NCBI GenBank assembly: GCA_965235115.1
Contig: OZ249436.1
Coordinates: 18,726,001-18,790,000 of the forward strand
Direction of reading: 5' to 3'
DNA: 64,000 nt
From: Laetmonice hystrix
Lineage: Eukaryota
Under the pieces are notes generated by a model, which saw only the letters and a program-made list of their open reading frames with translations, was not told the DNA's origin and ran no database searches. Shown piece by piece: positions 40,301 to 53,000 of the stretch; position 1 is the stretch's first letter, and the number at the start of each line of letters is the position of its first letter. The position numbers and the translations under genes are program-made.

Positions 40301-41965
40301 TTAACAATTTTAAACCGGTCTGAGGTTTTAAAAATATATGCCCCTAACATATATAGGCCTAAGCCTTAGTTTGTGGGTGGACATTAAATAACATATTGAC
40401 ATCACACGACACTGTTTATTCTTAGTTATAATAATAGAACAAATTCAGGCAAACTGACCAAAACAAACACCGCTCTGAGATCGCTTACGACATGGAGCAC
40501 GGGGCGTGAATACTGCGCCACCTTGTGACGAACAAACGCCAGACACAAACTTTCCCAGACTCTCTTACAGCGAGAGAGAGTCGGGTGACCGAGACTGGGG
40601 GTGTCCGAGCACAACTACAGCGAAGCGACCGGAAGTTGGGCCGAGGTTTTCCGAATGATGGCAGATCATGTCTCGGCCGTAATCGTCGGGTCGCCATTTT
40701 TGAAAGTAGTCACACAACTAAACAAACCCATGTGCTTTCCACAGCTCCCATCTTGGCCTTTGTCGCTATAAAAAAAATTCTAGTGAGTGTTGACGGAAGG
40801 GACGGTGATCAGAGTTATGTGAAATAACGTTTAATTGGTATCTCGCCTAGACTGCCTCACCAGTTTCCGACGATGGGACGAATGGAGGCATAAGCCATTT
40901 TCGAGTTGAGTCTCCCGATTTGGAGAGTTATTTCCCGACCTCCCGATTCATACTTAAAATCTCCCGATATCAAATTTCACCGCTGACAGAGCTCTATAAA
41001 TAGGCCTACATGGCTGCAGACTATAGCCGACAACTCAAATCAGACTGCAAGGCCTGTAACTTCAAACCCTCAAAAGATGAACTTAAAGCTGCAAATTAAG
41101 AATGCCACTTAATTACCTTTATAACCAGGCCCACAGGAGCAAATAAACAATGAACTTCGATCGAACTGTGACTGGACTTTTTGTTCTTGTTTTACATACT
41201 GTGCAATAAATTAATTAAGTAGGATTTAATTAATAAGAACTAAAAAAAGAAACAATGTACCGTGCTGTACAGGGCCCGAGGGTGGGTTGCACATTCATGT
41301 TTCGGTCTTCCGAAAAATTCTCCCTCTCTGACATTTGCCAAAGTTGACAGGTATGTGTTTCTCTCTGTTTTGGTTTAACTGCCGCGACTTTCCTTTGGTT
41401 ATCGGACAGTTTTCAAGTGCATAATGCAAACACTCATCAACCGCTGCCATTAGATCTATGCTGTAGGGATTACTTGGTCAGCGCGCATTGTGCCCAGGGG
41501 CGGATTCAGGGGGGGGGGCGAGGGGGCCGCGGCCCCCCCCCCCCTTTCGTCAGGGTACCAATCAGAAAAAAGGCAAAATTGTGTTGTTTGCAACTGTAAA
41601 AGCAAACATTTTGCTTTCTCAGAATGCAGGAAATTTCAGGAAATGCCATTTCAGAGACTCTAGATGATAAAAATTGTCCGGGGGCATGCCCCCGGACCCC
41701 CTACTAGGGCTCGGCCCCCCTTTAATTCCAACCGCCCCCCCCCCCCCTTTTCCAAAATCCTGGATCCGCCCCTGGTGCCCCCCTGCCTGCTTACTCATAT
41801 TCATTTGCGCCGCATCACAAAGTCACACAAATCTGTCCATTACACCCGAGGTGAAAATCCGAACCCACCGGAAGGTGGCGGACTTTCCCGAGGGTTCCCG
41901 AATGCACCCGAGGGTATATTCGAATAGCAAGAAGTGACGTCATTTGCCCGAAGGGATCCCGAATG

Positions 41966-42610
41966 GAACGCCACCTATGGTATATGTTAGAGACGATTAT
42001 AACGCCATCTAGAGTAGATAGTACCTGACGTCATGAACGCCACCTATGGTATATGTTAGAGACGATTGTAACGCCAATTAGAGTAGATAGTACTGGACGT
42101 CATGAACGTCACCTATGGTATATGTTAGAGACAATTGTAACGCCATCTAGAGTAGATAGTACCTGACGTCATGAACGCCACCTATGGTATCTGTTAGAGA
42201 CGACTGTAACGCCATCTAGAGTAGATAGTACCTGACGTCATGAACGCCACCTATGGTATATGTTAGAGACGATTGTAACGCCATCTAGAGTAGATAGTAC
42301 CTGACGTCATGAACGCCACCTATGGTATATGTTAGAGACGACTGTAACGCCATCTAGAGTAGATAGTACCTGACGTCATGAACGCCACCTATGGTATATG
42401 TTAGAGACGACTGTAACGCCATCTAGAGTCGATAGTACCGGACGTCATGAACGCCACCTACGGTATATGTTAGAGACGATTGTAACGCCATCTAGAGTAG
42501 AGAGTACTGGACGTCATGAACGCATAAATGCTAGAGACGATTGTAACGCTATCTAGAGTAGATAGTACCGGACGTCATGAACGCCACCTATGGTATGTGT
42601 GTCATGAACG
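41966..42610. repeat. 69-bp tandem repeat, about 9 copies
   Basis: unit GAACGCCACCTATGGTATATGTTAGAGACGATTGTAACGCCATCTAGAGTAGATAGTACCTGACGTCAT at 41966, 42035, 42104 and onward. Confidence 0.95.
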
Positions 42611-43839
42611 CTAATCCACCCGAGGGTATTCGAATAGCAGGAAGTGACGTCATATGCCCGAGGGAATCCCGAATGATCCTTTGGGTGTTTCCGACTATGT
42701 AGGCCTACTTCCGTTCAACATAGCGGCTACAGATGATTTCTCCGAAGATTTAGATGGTACTTTGTGTGGCATCATACTCTGACAGTCTGCGCCATATAAG
42801 TTAACAAAAGTGCCTCAGCAAAATCGAGCAGCCACGATTCGAGCTCGGCAATGTTCGGCTGTTCCAGTCAGGGATTTCTAGGTCAGGTCAGGGGTCACTC
42901 AAACAGCAGTAGAGAGTCTACCCCGGGCGTGGTCGACTCGCGTTAATCGGGCTGATCGTGTTTCACGCAAACTGCCCAATGTTGCAGTTCTAGTGACGTC
43001 ATTTGACCTAGTTGGGTCCAACACGACCAACCCACCCCCTTGGCCAAACTAGTTCCTACCGCGCATGCGCGACCTCATTTGTATCGGCCGGCTTATGGCG
43101 CTAGCACCAGCTGGCCTCATCACTTGTCATCTGGCTGACATATAGTGCCACTTCATTTAACACCCATAAAAGAAAATTAAGTCAATTGAAATAAAATGGA
43201 AATAAAAGATCTGCATTTACCAAAACTAGAAATGTAAGATTTCGGGCAAATAAATGTTGTAAATGATCAGAATTAGCAGCTTGTTTGCGAAAGTTTTTTT
43301 GCACGGGAAGTGATTCGTCTTTTGCTCGTAACCATAGAACGTGTGCTCGTAACCAATCAGACGACGTAATTTGATCACGTGCGTTTATTTACCGGCCAAG
43401 CACGTGCTTTTGTGTAGCCTACATGCTATGCACGTTTCCAGTAGACTACAGTATTTTTCCTTTAGAAAAATATTGCTTTTTCTTGCGAGTTATCTACAAT
43501 GGATCCCTTAGAAGGTTGCAGCAATGAATACTAGCTGACTGGCTCCAGTCTAGGTGTTGGCGTATAGCTTCTGTCGTACTCTACATTTCGCTCAGGCTAT
43601 AATATCGGCTCAGCTACCTATACCCGGCTTGGAGCCACTGGCCGGCACTTGGACGCAGCAACTCCCGACAGCAAGCAGTTGGCCTGTCGGTGTCCTGCCG
43701 CGCAACGCTGTTTTCAATTTTGGACACAGAAAACGTTATATAGAAGTCTAGGCCTAGGCCTGCTAAATCTAAAGCCCAGAAGACTTAGGCGTACAATGTT
43801 GAGGTTGGGTTTTATAACAAAATACCATTTAAAAGAAAA

Positions 43840-44605
43840 GACCATCGCCAGTCTGTATAGGCCAGACACACATGCAGTGATATTCTAAGCAAGTTAAAAA
43901 ATATTTGAACACAATTGGTGCTCAGATGGTTAAGATATAGGCACTTTAGTGCCGGAGGCTTCTTACAAAAATACAACCTGCTCAGCTGGTGAAGGCCGCC
44001 ATTCCTTGGGCTAATCTCAAAGTGCGCATGCTCGCCTTAGGCGAGCATGCGCAGCACGACTGCTCTCCAGTTTGGGAGGAACTGAAAGCTGACGCACCTG
44101 TTGCGTTGATCGATTTGGAAGGCAGCGAACGTTGACAGCTTATAAGCAAAATTTGTTAGAACATAGGCCTAGACGAAAACCATCGATAGTGATGAGGAAT
44201 GGGCTAGGAAAAACCTACCGATGTCAGGGGACATAATTTATCAGGGTGGACACGGATCTGGGCAGCCGTGGGTTTCGGCCGCCTGCATTCGTCCCACTTG
44301 GATTCGTGCATGTGTGGGATGTTGACGGGAGCTCTGGCCCCTGAGGCCCGGCGCCACTCTGACTACGACCGCGAGCAATGGCAGTGCATATTTAGTCAGC
44401 AGTGTCACCACTCTCCAGACAGAGATCGTTCACTTCATTCAATCTCTGCCACACCCTGGGCCGAGTTCGCGTGCGTAACTCTAGGAACACTAGTGTTGTT
44501 CATGAATATGTTAATGAACCCATATCACACGACCCGCCTAGTGTTCCGAGCTAGAGTTTCAATGGTTTCCGGGTCTCTCGATAGGGGCCCATTGAGTTTG
44601 CCTTG
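43840..44605 (+). repeat. Dispersed repeat, copy 1 (copy 2 at ~54465-55040)
   Basis: shared TTGAACACAATTGGTGCTCA, CTGCTCTCCAGTTTGGGAGGAAC, CAGGGTGGACACGGATCTGGGCA, CCCATTGAGTT. Confidence 0.8.
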
Positions 44606-46089
44606 ACTGCCCATATTCGCAACATTAGCGATCCCTGCCAAGGGGCACTCTCCAACGGCAGAGGTCAGACGGCGGCCTACTGACTCTGCCACCAGCTCCC
44701 CACCTCCCGCGCTACTTGCGCGTAAGACTAAGAGCAGCCAGTGCTGCCATCTACTGAGCGATAATAGAGAACAAAAGCAAACGCGCGTTTTTGGGATAAA
44801 AAGCCTAACTTTGACCTGGTGACTACACTACTACTAAATCAAGCTCCAAAGATTTGCTGGTCCACAGACATAGACATAGGGCCTATAGACCTCTATCCAT
44901 ACTTTTTAAAAACCTGTTAGAGCTCGACGATTTTATGTATTTTTCAGCCACCAACGTTGGGCCAACGTGGGTGTTCCAACTGGGTTCTAACAAAAGAGGG
45001 TGGCGATAGTACCGACTAAAATGCCAACATTGGGCCAACGTGGGTGTTCCAACCAGGTTCCAACCACGAGGGTGCTGACAGAGCTTGAGTACAAACGTCG
45101 GGCCACCGTAGTTCTTTCCAACCCCAACGGTGGCGACAGTTCCGACCAATTGCCAACTTTGAGCCAACGTAGGGCCTATGTTATCTGGGAATTATGGTAG
45201 GCCTAATACCCGTATTCTGGCTACTGCTTTCACTGTCTTCTATCAACGTCGACAGCCATCGTACGTAGCCTACTTCCTCCTCAGTCTTTCTATCTGCCGG
45301 TATCGCCTCCAACTCTATAGGTAGCTGCTTCCGAGAATAAAGATACCGGCGACGACATGCGAGATAGTGTGTTTGGGTTAGGGTAAAGGTTACGCCTAGG
45401 GTTAGTGTTAGTTTTCCATTTAGCCCCAAAATTATTGTTAAATAGGCACTAATTGAGCAGTGGATCTTGATGTCCGTGTCAATAAGAAACATTCTATGTG
45501 CTAAATTGACACTGTTCGGTCCCATATCGCTTCTCGCATCTTGCATGTCGTCGCCGGTAGGCCTATTCCATACCGGGGAACCCTCTCTGCTCTGCGCAGC
45601 GACCTTTTACACCCCCCCCCCCCCCCCGACCGTCCGTACGTCACTGGTGGCTCTTCCCCTCTTACAGGGTCAATTTAGTGCTTTTTTTTTATAGGGGCAG
45701 GGTTCATATGTTGCATAGCTAGCCTACATACCCTATCTGTCCGCCTTGAGGGAACGCACCGCTGTATACTTTTACCGCAAAGCTGCCGTCTGAGAGCAAA
45801 ACTCTGTCATCTGACAGCTCAACGCTGAGATAGGCCTATTTCCAGAATCTGTCCACCCAAGACTGTATATGTGACAGGCAGATCTATGCAACAAACCCCA
45901 GAAGTTGGCCTCAGAATGCACCATTTGGCATCTAAAATATGAAAATTTTACCCGGACCCCCACGGGAGGGGACACCGCTCCCGTACCCTCCCCGCATTGG
46001 GCAATGGCGCGCCACATTGATTTCACTACTTTACTTTTTACTTTAGCAAGCATTATTGCACGGATATTGCCTACTGCTCGCAACAAGTA

Positions 46090-46811
46090 CAGGGTGTCAA
46101 GTGCCAATAACCCTTAAAAAATAGGAAAATACGAATTTGTTGTGCCAAAAAAATAGGGAATAAAATAAGAATATCAAACAGAAAATATATGGAAAATAGG
46201 AATTTTTTGAAGTCACTATCGACTTAGATAAACGATCATATATCACCCTCTAATAGTAATCCGCCTGAATCTTTAAAAAATCGACTCTTAAAGGGAATAG
46301 AAAAGTTCAAACTATCAATATAAGGGTGTTCAGTATGAACAAGCTTGTTTTTACCTACAATTCTGTGATTATCTGATCTTTAATAAAGGAATAATGAACC
46401 GAAATGTAGAGACATTCTCCCGCTAGCTTTGTCGGTTTGTTTACCCTATTTGGCCATTATCTCAATCTACTAATAGATATAGCTCCCGCTGTCTCGCGTG
46501 AGAAATAGCGAATGACCCGGGCGGTATTTTTAAAAAGTCGCCGTAGACAGTGTTCCACTTATCGGTGTGACCTTAGACACTTTATATGGTGTTACTGGTT
46601 TAAGTCCTTGTAAAAAATGTCCAGCGACGAGGTGGTCTTCACTTTGGTACCATTTATTGAAATTCACGCAATTTTACGGTTTATAAAAATCGACAAAAGA
46701 CGTGTAGGAATATTTTAGGGATACTGCCCCAAAATAGGAATGTTACTCCAAAAATAGGAATAAATAGGAATGATGCCGAAAAATAGGAAAAAATAGGAAC
46801 TTGACACCCTG
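46090..46811. mobile_element. hAT-like non-autonomous element
   Basis: CAGGGTGTCAAGT...ACTTGACACCCTG with AAATAGGAA subterminal repeats. Confidence 0.7.
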
Positions 46812-47362
46812 CAGGTATGCTTTTAACATGAAAGTTCAATTTGAAAGTTTTATGTTCAGAACATAAAATAGCGAGATACATGTATAAGTAATAATTTTCT
46901 GCATTAGCGGTCTAGATGTTGCATTGCTGTTCAACAAGCATCACCAGTCAGTGTGGTGTTGCTTCATGGGTAGGCTGACTGAATTTTTCAAATGTTACGT
47001 AGGAATAGAAACACACAGAAAACTCCGACCAGAAAAATTTATAGTTTTCCTAATCTTGCATTCTACTCCTAGATGTAATGTAGATGGTATAGTGACCTTA
47101 CATCAAGGTTACTGTAAAATGACTTCTCCACAGTACAGTAAAGAAGGCAGAACAAAGGGGACTGGGAAACAGCGTTAAAAAAAACAAAACGCTTACAACA
47201 AGAGATCCACAACATTTTTCTGTGTTCTCTAAAAACTTAAGAAATCAGAAAACATTAAAACACCCCTGAAAATGATTTATTACTCTACCCCAAACAGTCG
47301 AAACAAAGATTAGAATGTGTTGATTTCCCTCATACAGAAATTCTTAGAAGTGTTCTAAGATG

Positions 47363-49103
47363 TCAGGCTTCTCCACCCTTCCTTTCTTCTCCTTTCAGTT
47401 TTCTATTGGACTCATTTGACCTTTGTTTTGGTCTTCTCCCAATTTTAGAATCCAAAGGACAGAACTTTAACGGAGTGGGTATTTTATCCTTCCCTGCCAC
47501 CTTATCCTTGTGTTTCTTCATGTGCCAGTTAAGAGCATTTCGTTGGCGACAACTGTATTCACAGAACTCACATTTCAAAGGTTTCTCCCCAGTGTGAATC
47601 CTGGTGTGAACCTCAAGTGCATGACTTGTCTTGAACTCCTTCCCACACGATTCACACAGATATAAACGTATCCCTTCATGCACTACACTGATATGCTCGA
47701 TAAAACTCGCCCTGTCATACATGTACAGGTCACAAATCACACATCGGTAGTGTCTCACTCCCAAGTGAGCTCTCTCTATGTGCCGACGTACCATGGCTTT
47801 ATCTCCAGGAGCCTTTTGACATATGCCACATTTCACTTTATCATGTGTCCTCCTCCAGTGATAACTGAGCTTTCTGTAAGTACTAAATCGTCTGGAGCAA
47901 TCCTGGCACTTGAACTCTTGTCCCTCTACTTCAGCTATATGAGTTGTTTTTACATGTGTATGGATATTTCCCCTACGAATTAAAGTTCCACAAATGGAAC
48001 ACTTCACATTATCCCAGTAATAAGACCGATTCTTCCCAACTGCTTTCATCACCTTGATGTGTTCACAGACAGGAGAACTCCTATCCCACTCGTGCTGTCT
48101 CTCGAGGTGAAGGTGAATCTGGTATCGATGGATCACCTTGTACGGACACTTCACACAACTAAACATTGTCTTTTCATGTTGATCTTCCACGTGGAAGACA
48201 AACAATGACGGAATGGTACACATGAACGTACATTGGGGACACACGTATTTGTCCAGTTTGTTTCCCTCTTGATTTACTAATTTTCTAAGCCCATGAGCCT
48301 CAGCTAGATGATTTGCGACTTCCTGAACTCTATCCTCAATCAATTCCTTCCACTCATATCCACAGAAACTGCACTTCTTGACCTCTTGATCACCATGACA
48401 ACTGAGGCTATGACCAACCATTGGCTGGTATTCATCAAAAGTCTCCTCGCAAAAGTTACAAGGGAAAATCTCCATCTCAACGTTCCTTTTCGGTTCCTGC
48501 AGGAGTGGGATATTGCTCTCAACCATTTCTTCTGTTGACTCTTCTCTTGGGGAATGTTGCTCCTTACATTTGTTCTGTTTTTTGTTCCCTTCTGGTCCTA
48601 CTTTGAAAGTTGGGCTTCTTTTCTGTTTCTTCAATGTACATACACGTCTCGACCTGGTCCTCTTCATGGAACCTTTTGGATCTCCATGAGCTGTGGCGAA
48701 AGCATCTTTGTTTCTCTTCGCCTTCCATGAAGATCCAGGAAACCAACTAGGATCATCACATTTCTCTTCTTCTTCTTTTTCTTCTTCTATTTCAAGTTCT
48801 TCTTCTTCTCTTTCCTCTTCTTCATTCACTTTTTCTTTTGAGAGTTCAAGGTCACCATCGACTTCACTTGTTTGCACTTCTTCTTTCACTCTGATCTCAT
48901 CTATTGTGAGCTCTATATTTAAAATGCTATGACTTTCACTCTCCTGCACAGGTTGTATAATTATTGCTTCCTTCTTATCTTCAAACTCTGGCTCCTGAGC
49001 TGCATTGCTGTGATTGCATGATATTTCTGAGTCCTCTGCACTATCCTGCAGAGGCTCCAGTCCTATTGTAGAGTCGACCAGTTGACCAGCCTCCTGTTCA
49101 TCA
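47363..49103 (-). CDS. Zinc-finger gene exon 2 (acidic region plus all 10 C2H2 fingers)
   Basis: 528-aa ORF in the track extends upstream in frame to the acceptor at 49104-49106. Confidence 0.92.
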
Positions 49104-51436
49104 CTGTAACATAAATGAAACCAAACCTTATGTCAACAATACCGACTTGTACATGGCCTTGAGTGACAAAATCACATATACAGGCCTCCCAGTGCCCCTC
49201 TTCCTCAATATAGTTTTTTTTATAGGTTTCGAAAATCAAAATATAGGTTTTTAAAGGTTTTTAAAGTGGCAAAAAATAGGTTATTAGAAAAATATAGGCT
49301 CCCAAGTTGAAAAATAGGTTTTTATAGGTTTTATGATATAACGTCTAATTGATGGCAGGGTGAAGTTTGAGTGTTCTGTGTAAAGACCGTAAAAAATACC
49401 CAACACATCGTGAAGAGATCTTGCTAACCTAGAACCAGGATCTGTTGCAGATCGTAACACTATATTTTGTTCCAATCCGACAGATGTTTGAGCCATGGCA
49501 CCAGGGGTAGACCAGCGTTGAGACATGTTGTCCTTTGATATCTTATTCTTCCGTCCAAGTGATACTTCAAGCCTGCAGGTTTTCAGATCCAATAAAAAAC
49601 ATACAACAAAACAATCAACATTGGGGCAAACATCTTTAAAGCCCGCCGTACACTTTCCCGATTTTGCCCAACTCAAGTCGGTAACCATGGTTCCCGACTG
49701 CTCCCGACAGCTCCCGACTGCAGTTGGAGCAAATCGTAGCCGATTCGAAAAACGAATCGGGAACGGCCGACTAAGCTTAGCTTTTCCAACCTTGGGTTCT
49801 TCAAAACACGCTCGTGGTGGTAATAACAATGAATCAATTCAGATGGAAATTATTGCAAAGGAAACTAGAGATATGTGGCTTTTGTCCAGTATAAAATTTA
49901 ATAAATAGATTTAAGGATTCTTTTTCATACGGCCATTCGAAAATCATAAAAAAAGTATAAAAAACCTGAAAACGTGTGACTTCTCTACCTTGCAGGTCTT
50001 GCCATGCAAAATCTGTCCGACGACCTATACAAAAAAGTACCCAGAATTTTTCCCCATATCGTAAGGTTTCCATAGATGTCTTCCTTTTAGCGAGACTCCT
50101 TTTAGTTATGAATACAGCGAGCTTTGTTTGGAAATTTAAAAGTTCCCAAAACTTTGATAATGACGTTAAATATCACAATAGACAAAGCATTAGCTGTCTA
50201 GAAATGTGCATTCTCAGGACATCTTGTGCGGAAATCTGAAGATTTCCTTTTGTTAAGATAATCATATATACTTCATTTGTTCAAAAACGTCCTTAATATA
50301 GTAATTTTGCAAAGGGGGGGGGGGGGGGGGTCCCGGATACGTAGAAACCCCCCTGGAGACGCTACTGCACCATGTCAAGCTCGAAATGTGACGGTGACCG
50401 CCGTGACCTGCGTGCAATTATAAGTAGTTCAAGTTTTCAACACCAGGATCGCAGCAATGGGCTGGCGGGTCGCCGACAGTTGAGTCGCAAGTGTGCATGT
50501 GTCTCGTCGTAGAAATCATGTAGTGTACACGTGCCAGTCTGTAATCGGGAATCTGGAAGAATAGCAACTCAACTGTCCGAGTCAGGGCCGGATCCAGGGG
50601 GGGGCGTGGGGGGCGTACGCCCCCCTATTTTTGGCAGAGTAATGATTTTTTAAGACTGGAATTTTACCAGTACTGAAAAAAAGGAACAGTTCTTTTCTCA
50701 GATGCCGGGAAAATGCATCTGACAAACATGAATTTTCAAATTTTTCGGGGAGAGGTCCCCCAGACCCCCCTGGGGCTTTGCGCCTTTGGCGCTCGCAATT
50801 TTCTCCAGGGGCTACGCCCCCCCTTTCTAAGAATCCTGGATCCGGCCCCGAGTGTCGCGTCTTAGAAGTCGTGTAGTGTGCACCAGGCATTAGTGAAACG
50901 GGCCCCAGGGGTGGATCCAGGATTTTGCAACAGGGGGGGAGGGGGGGGGCTACATCCAGGAATTTGCAACTGGGGGGCTACATCCAGGAATTTGCAACTG
51001 GGGGGGGGGCCACATCCAGGATTTTGCAACGGGGGGGGCCTTGATTTATGTATAATCACCTCTTAGGTGCCCCCAAAGCCCCCCCCCCCCCCCGCTGGAT
51101 CCGCCACTGCCCCCCCTTCCTCATCCTAGATAGAAATCCCGACACCTGGTGGCGCCACCTGACGGTACGGGTGCCAATCTTCTACTATTTATTGGCGCCA
51201 TCTAACGTTTTATTTTTCGCTTACATATCTAGAAGGATGCGTGCGAAGGCCGCGTCGTTGTCTTCGCCCACGACCGTTTTCAGTTCCCTCCATCGTTGAG
51301 CCTCGTAACTGAGGTTAACTAGCCGTTGCCTGTACTGCTTGCACCGAAAGGCATTTCTTTCCTTTTCCAATTCCGTTACCAAGACCCTCGGCCTCCCACG
51401 CTTTGGCCTCGTCGGACTGGGCGTGTGTTCCGCCAT
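47363..51436 (-). CDS. AT-hook plus 10x C2H2 zinc-finger protein, ZNF653/ZFP91/ZNF692-like; join(51225-51436, 47363-49103), 650 aa
   Basis: Exon 1 MAEHTPSPTRPKRGRPR...RWRELK...AFARILLD ends AT|GTAAGC. Exon 2 follows a ttacag acceptor in matching phase. Acidic region, then 10 C2H2 fingers ending LEVHTRIHTGEKPLKCEFCEYSCRQRNALNWHMKKH, the ZFP91/ZNF653-type CRQ..LNWHMKKH motif. AATAAA on - at 47276-47281. Confidence 0.9.
51225..51436 (-). CDS. Zinc-finger gene exon 1 (AT-hook plus ZNF653/ZNF692-type N-terminal motif)
   Basis: aacATGG Kozak context, PKRGRPR AT-hook, GTAAGC donor. Confidence 0.82.
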
Positions 51437-51454
51437 GTTGCTCCTGGCTGAGGC

Positions 51455-51515
51455 ATTCCATGCATGACGTCACACTAATGATGTGGCCACCTGGCGGTAG
51501 CCACCTGGCGGTAGC
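51455..51515 (-). promoter_or_regulatory. Zinc-finger gene proximal promoter: CRE plus two tandem CTCF-like motifs
   Basis: TGACGTCA at ~51465; GCCACCTGGCGGTA twice at ~51487-51513. Confidence 0.45.
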
Positions 51516-51648
51516 TTTTAGAGCTGGCTGTGCACGCGTTCCCACACTTTTTGCATGATCTTCAGGCGGCCGATTAAGCCGTGGTGCTTGGTAGTGTACC
51601 CCGGCCCGGGCCTGGGGGCAGTGGCGGATCCATGAATTCAGGAAAGGG

Positions 51649-52568
51649 TTCTTCTTCTTCTTCTTCTTCTTCTTCTTCTTCTTCTTCTTCTTCTTCTTCT
51701 TCTTCTTCTTCTTCTTCTTCTTCTCTTCTTCTTCTTCTTCTTCTTCTTCTTCTTCTTCTTCTTCTTCTTCTTCTTCTTTCTTCTTCTTCTCTTCTTCTTC
51801 TCTTCTTCTTCTTCTTCTTCTTCTCTTCTTCTTCTTCTTCTTCTTCTTCTTCTTCTTTCTTCTTCTCTTCTTCTTCTTCTTCTTCTTCTTTCTTCTTCTT
51901 CTTCTTCTTCTTCTTCTTCTTCTTCTTCTTCTTCTTCTTCTTCTTCTTCTTCTTCTTCTTCTTCTTCTTCTTCTTCTTCATCTTCTTCTTCTTCTTCTTC
52001 TTCTTCTTCTTCTTCTCTTCTCTTCTTCTTCTTCTTCTTCTTCTTCTCTTCTTCTTCTCTCTTCTTCTTCTTTCTTCTTCTTCTTCTTCTTCTTCTTCTT
52101 CTTCTTCTTCTTCTTCTTCTTCTTCTTCTTCTTCTTCTTCTTCTTCTTCTTCTTCTTCTTCTTCTTCTTCTTCTTCTTCTTCTTCTTCTTCTCTTCTTCT
52201 TCTTCTTCTTCTTCTTCTTCTTCTTCCTTCTTCTTCTTCTTCTTCTTCTTCTTCTTCTTCTTCTTCTTCTTCTTCTTCTTCTTTCTTCTTCTTCTTCTTC
52301 TTCTTCTTCTTCTTCTTCTTCTTCTTCTTCTTCTTCTTCTTCTTCTTCTTCTTCTTCTTCTTCTTCTTTCTTCTTCTTCTTCTTCTTTCTTCTTCTTCTT
52401 CTTCTTCTTCTTCTTCTTCTTTCTTCTTCTTCTTTTCTTCTTCTTCTTCTTCTTCTTCTTCTTCTTCTTCTTCTTCTTCTTCTTCTTCTTCTTCTTCTTT
52501 CTTCTTCTTCTTCTCTTCTTCTTCTTCTTCTTCTTCTTCTTCTTCTTCTTCTTCTTCTTCTTCTTCTT
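51649..52568. repeat. ~920-bp (TTC)n/(GAA)n microsatellite
   Basis: near-pure TTC repeat with occasional phase slips. Confidence 0.98.
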
Positions 52569-52569
52569 G

Positions 52570-52760
52570 TCCGGCTTCGATCCCCGGCCAGGGCTGCATG
52601 TGTGAAAGGTTTGTCAGTCAGTTTCTTCCCGAGGGTCGGTTGGTTCCTCCGGGCACTCCGGTTTCCTCCACCAAGAAAAACTGACTTTCATCATCATCTT
52701 CACCGCCGTGGTATGACCCTGGCTGTTGCAAGGCGTAAAACCCCAAATACCCAAATACCC
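52570..52760 (+). mobile_element. 5'-truncated tRNA-derived SINE
   Basis: B-box-like GGCTTCGATCC; conserved core CTCCGGGCACTCCGGTTTCCTCCA; tail GGCGTAAAACCCCAAATACCCAAATACC. Confidence 0.7.
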
Positions 52761-53000
52761 ATCTTCTTCTTATCTTCATTCTTTTTCGTCAGTCTTTCTC
52801 TTTTTGGGGGGGAAAATAGGAACCCGCCACTGTAAGGTGTCCCATCCATAATGTGAAAGCGGGCGGGTCAAAGGCAGGTTGAAATTAACCAAGCTATTGG
52901 TTGAATCAACCAATATTGGTTGAAATGTGTCCAACCAATTGGATTGGTTGGACACATTTCAACCAATATTGGTTACTTCAACCAATCTGTTTTTAGAGTA

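Noticed and set aside
41966..42610. CRISPR-like regular array
   Set aside because: Units are head-to-tail near-identical with no unique spacers, there are no cas genes, and the context is eukaryotic.
49284..49908. 181-aa and 127-aa ORFs in the zinc-finger intron
   Set aside because: Exons 1 and 2 already join in frame; the region looks like transposon debris with no recognisable domain.
51574..52684. 341-aa poly-E/K/R and 367-aa poly-S/L/F ORFs
   Set aside because: They are translations of the (TTC)n microsatellite.
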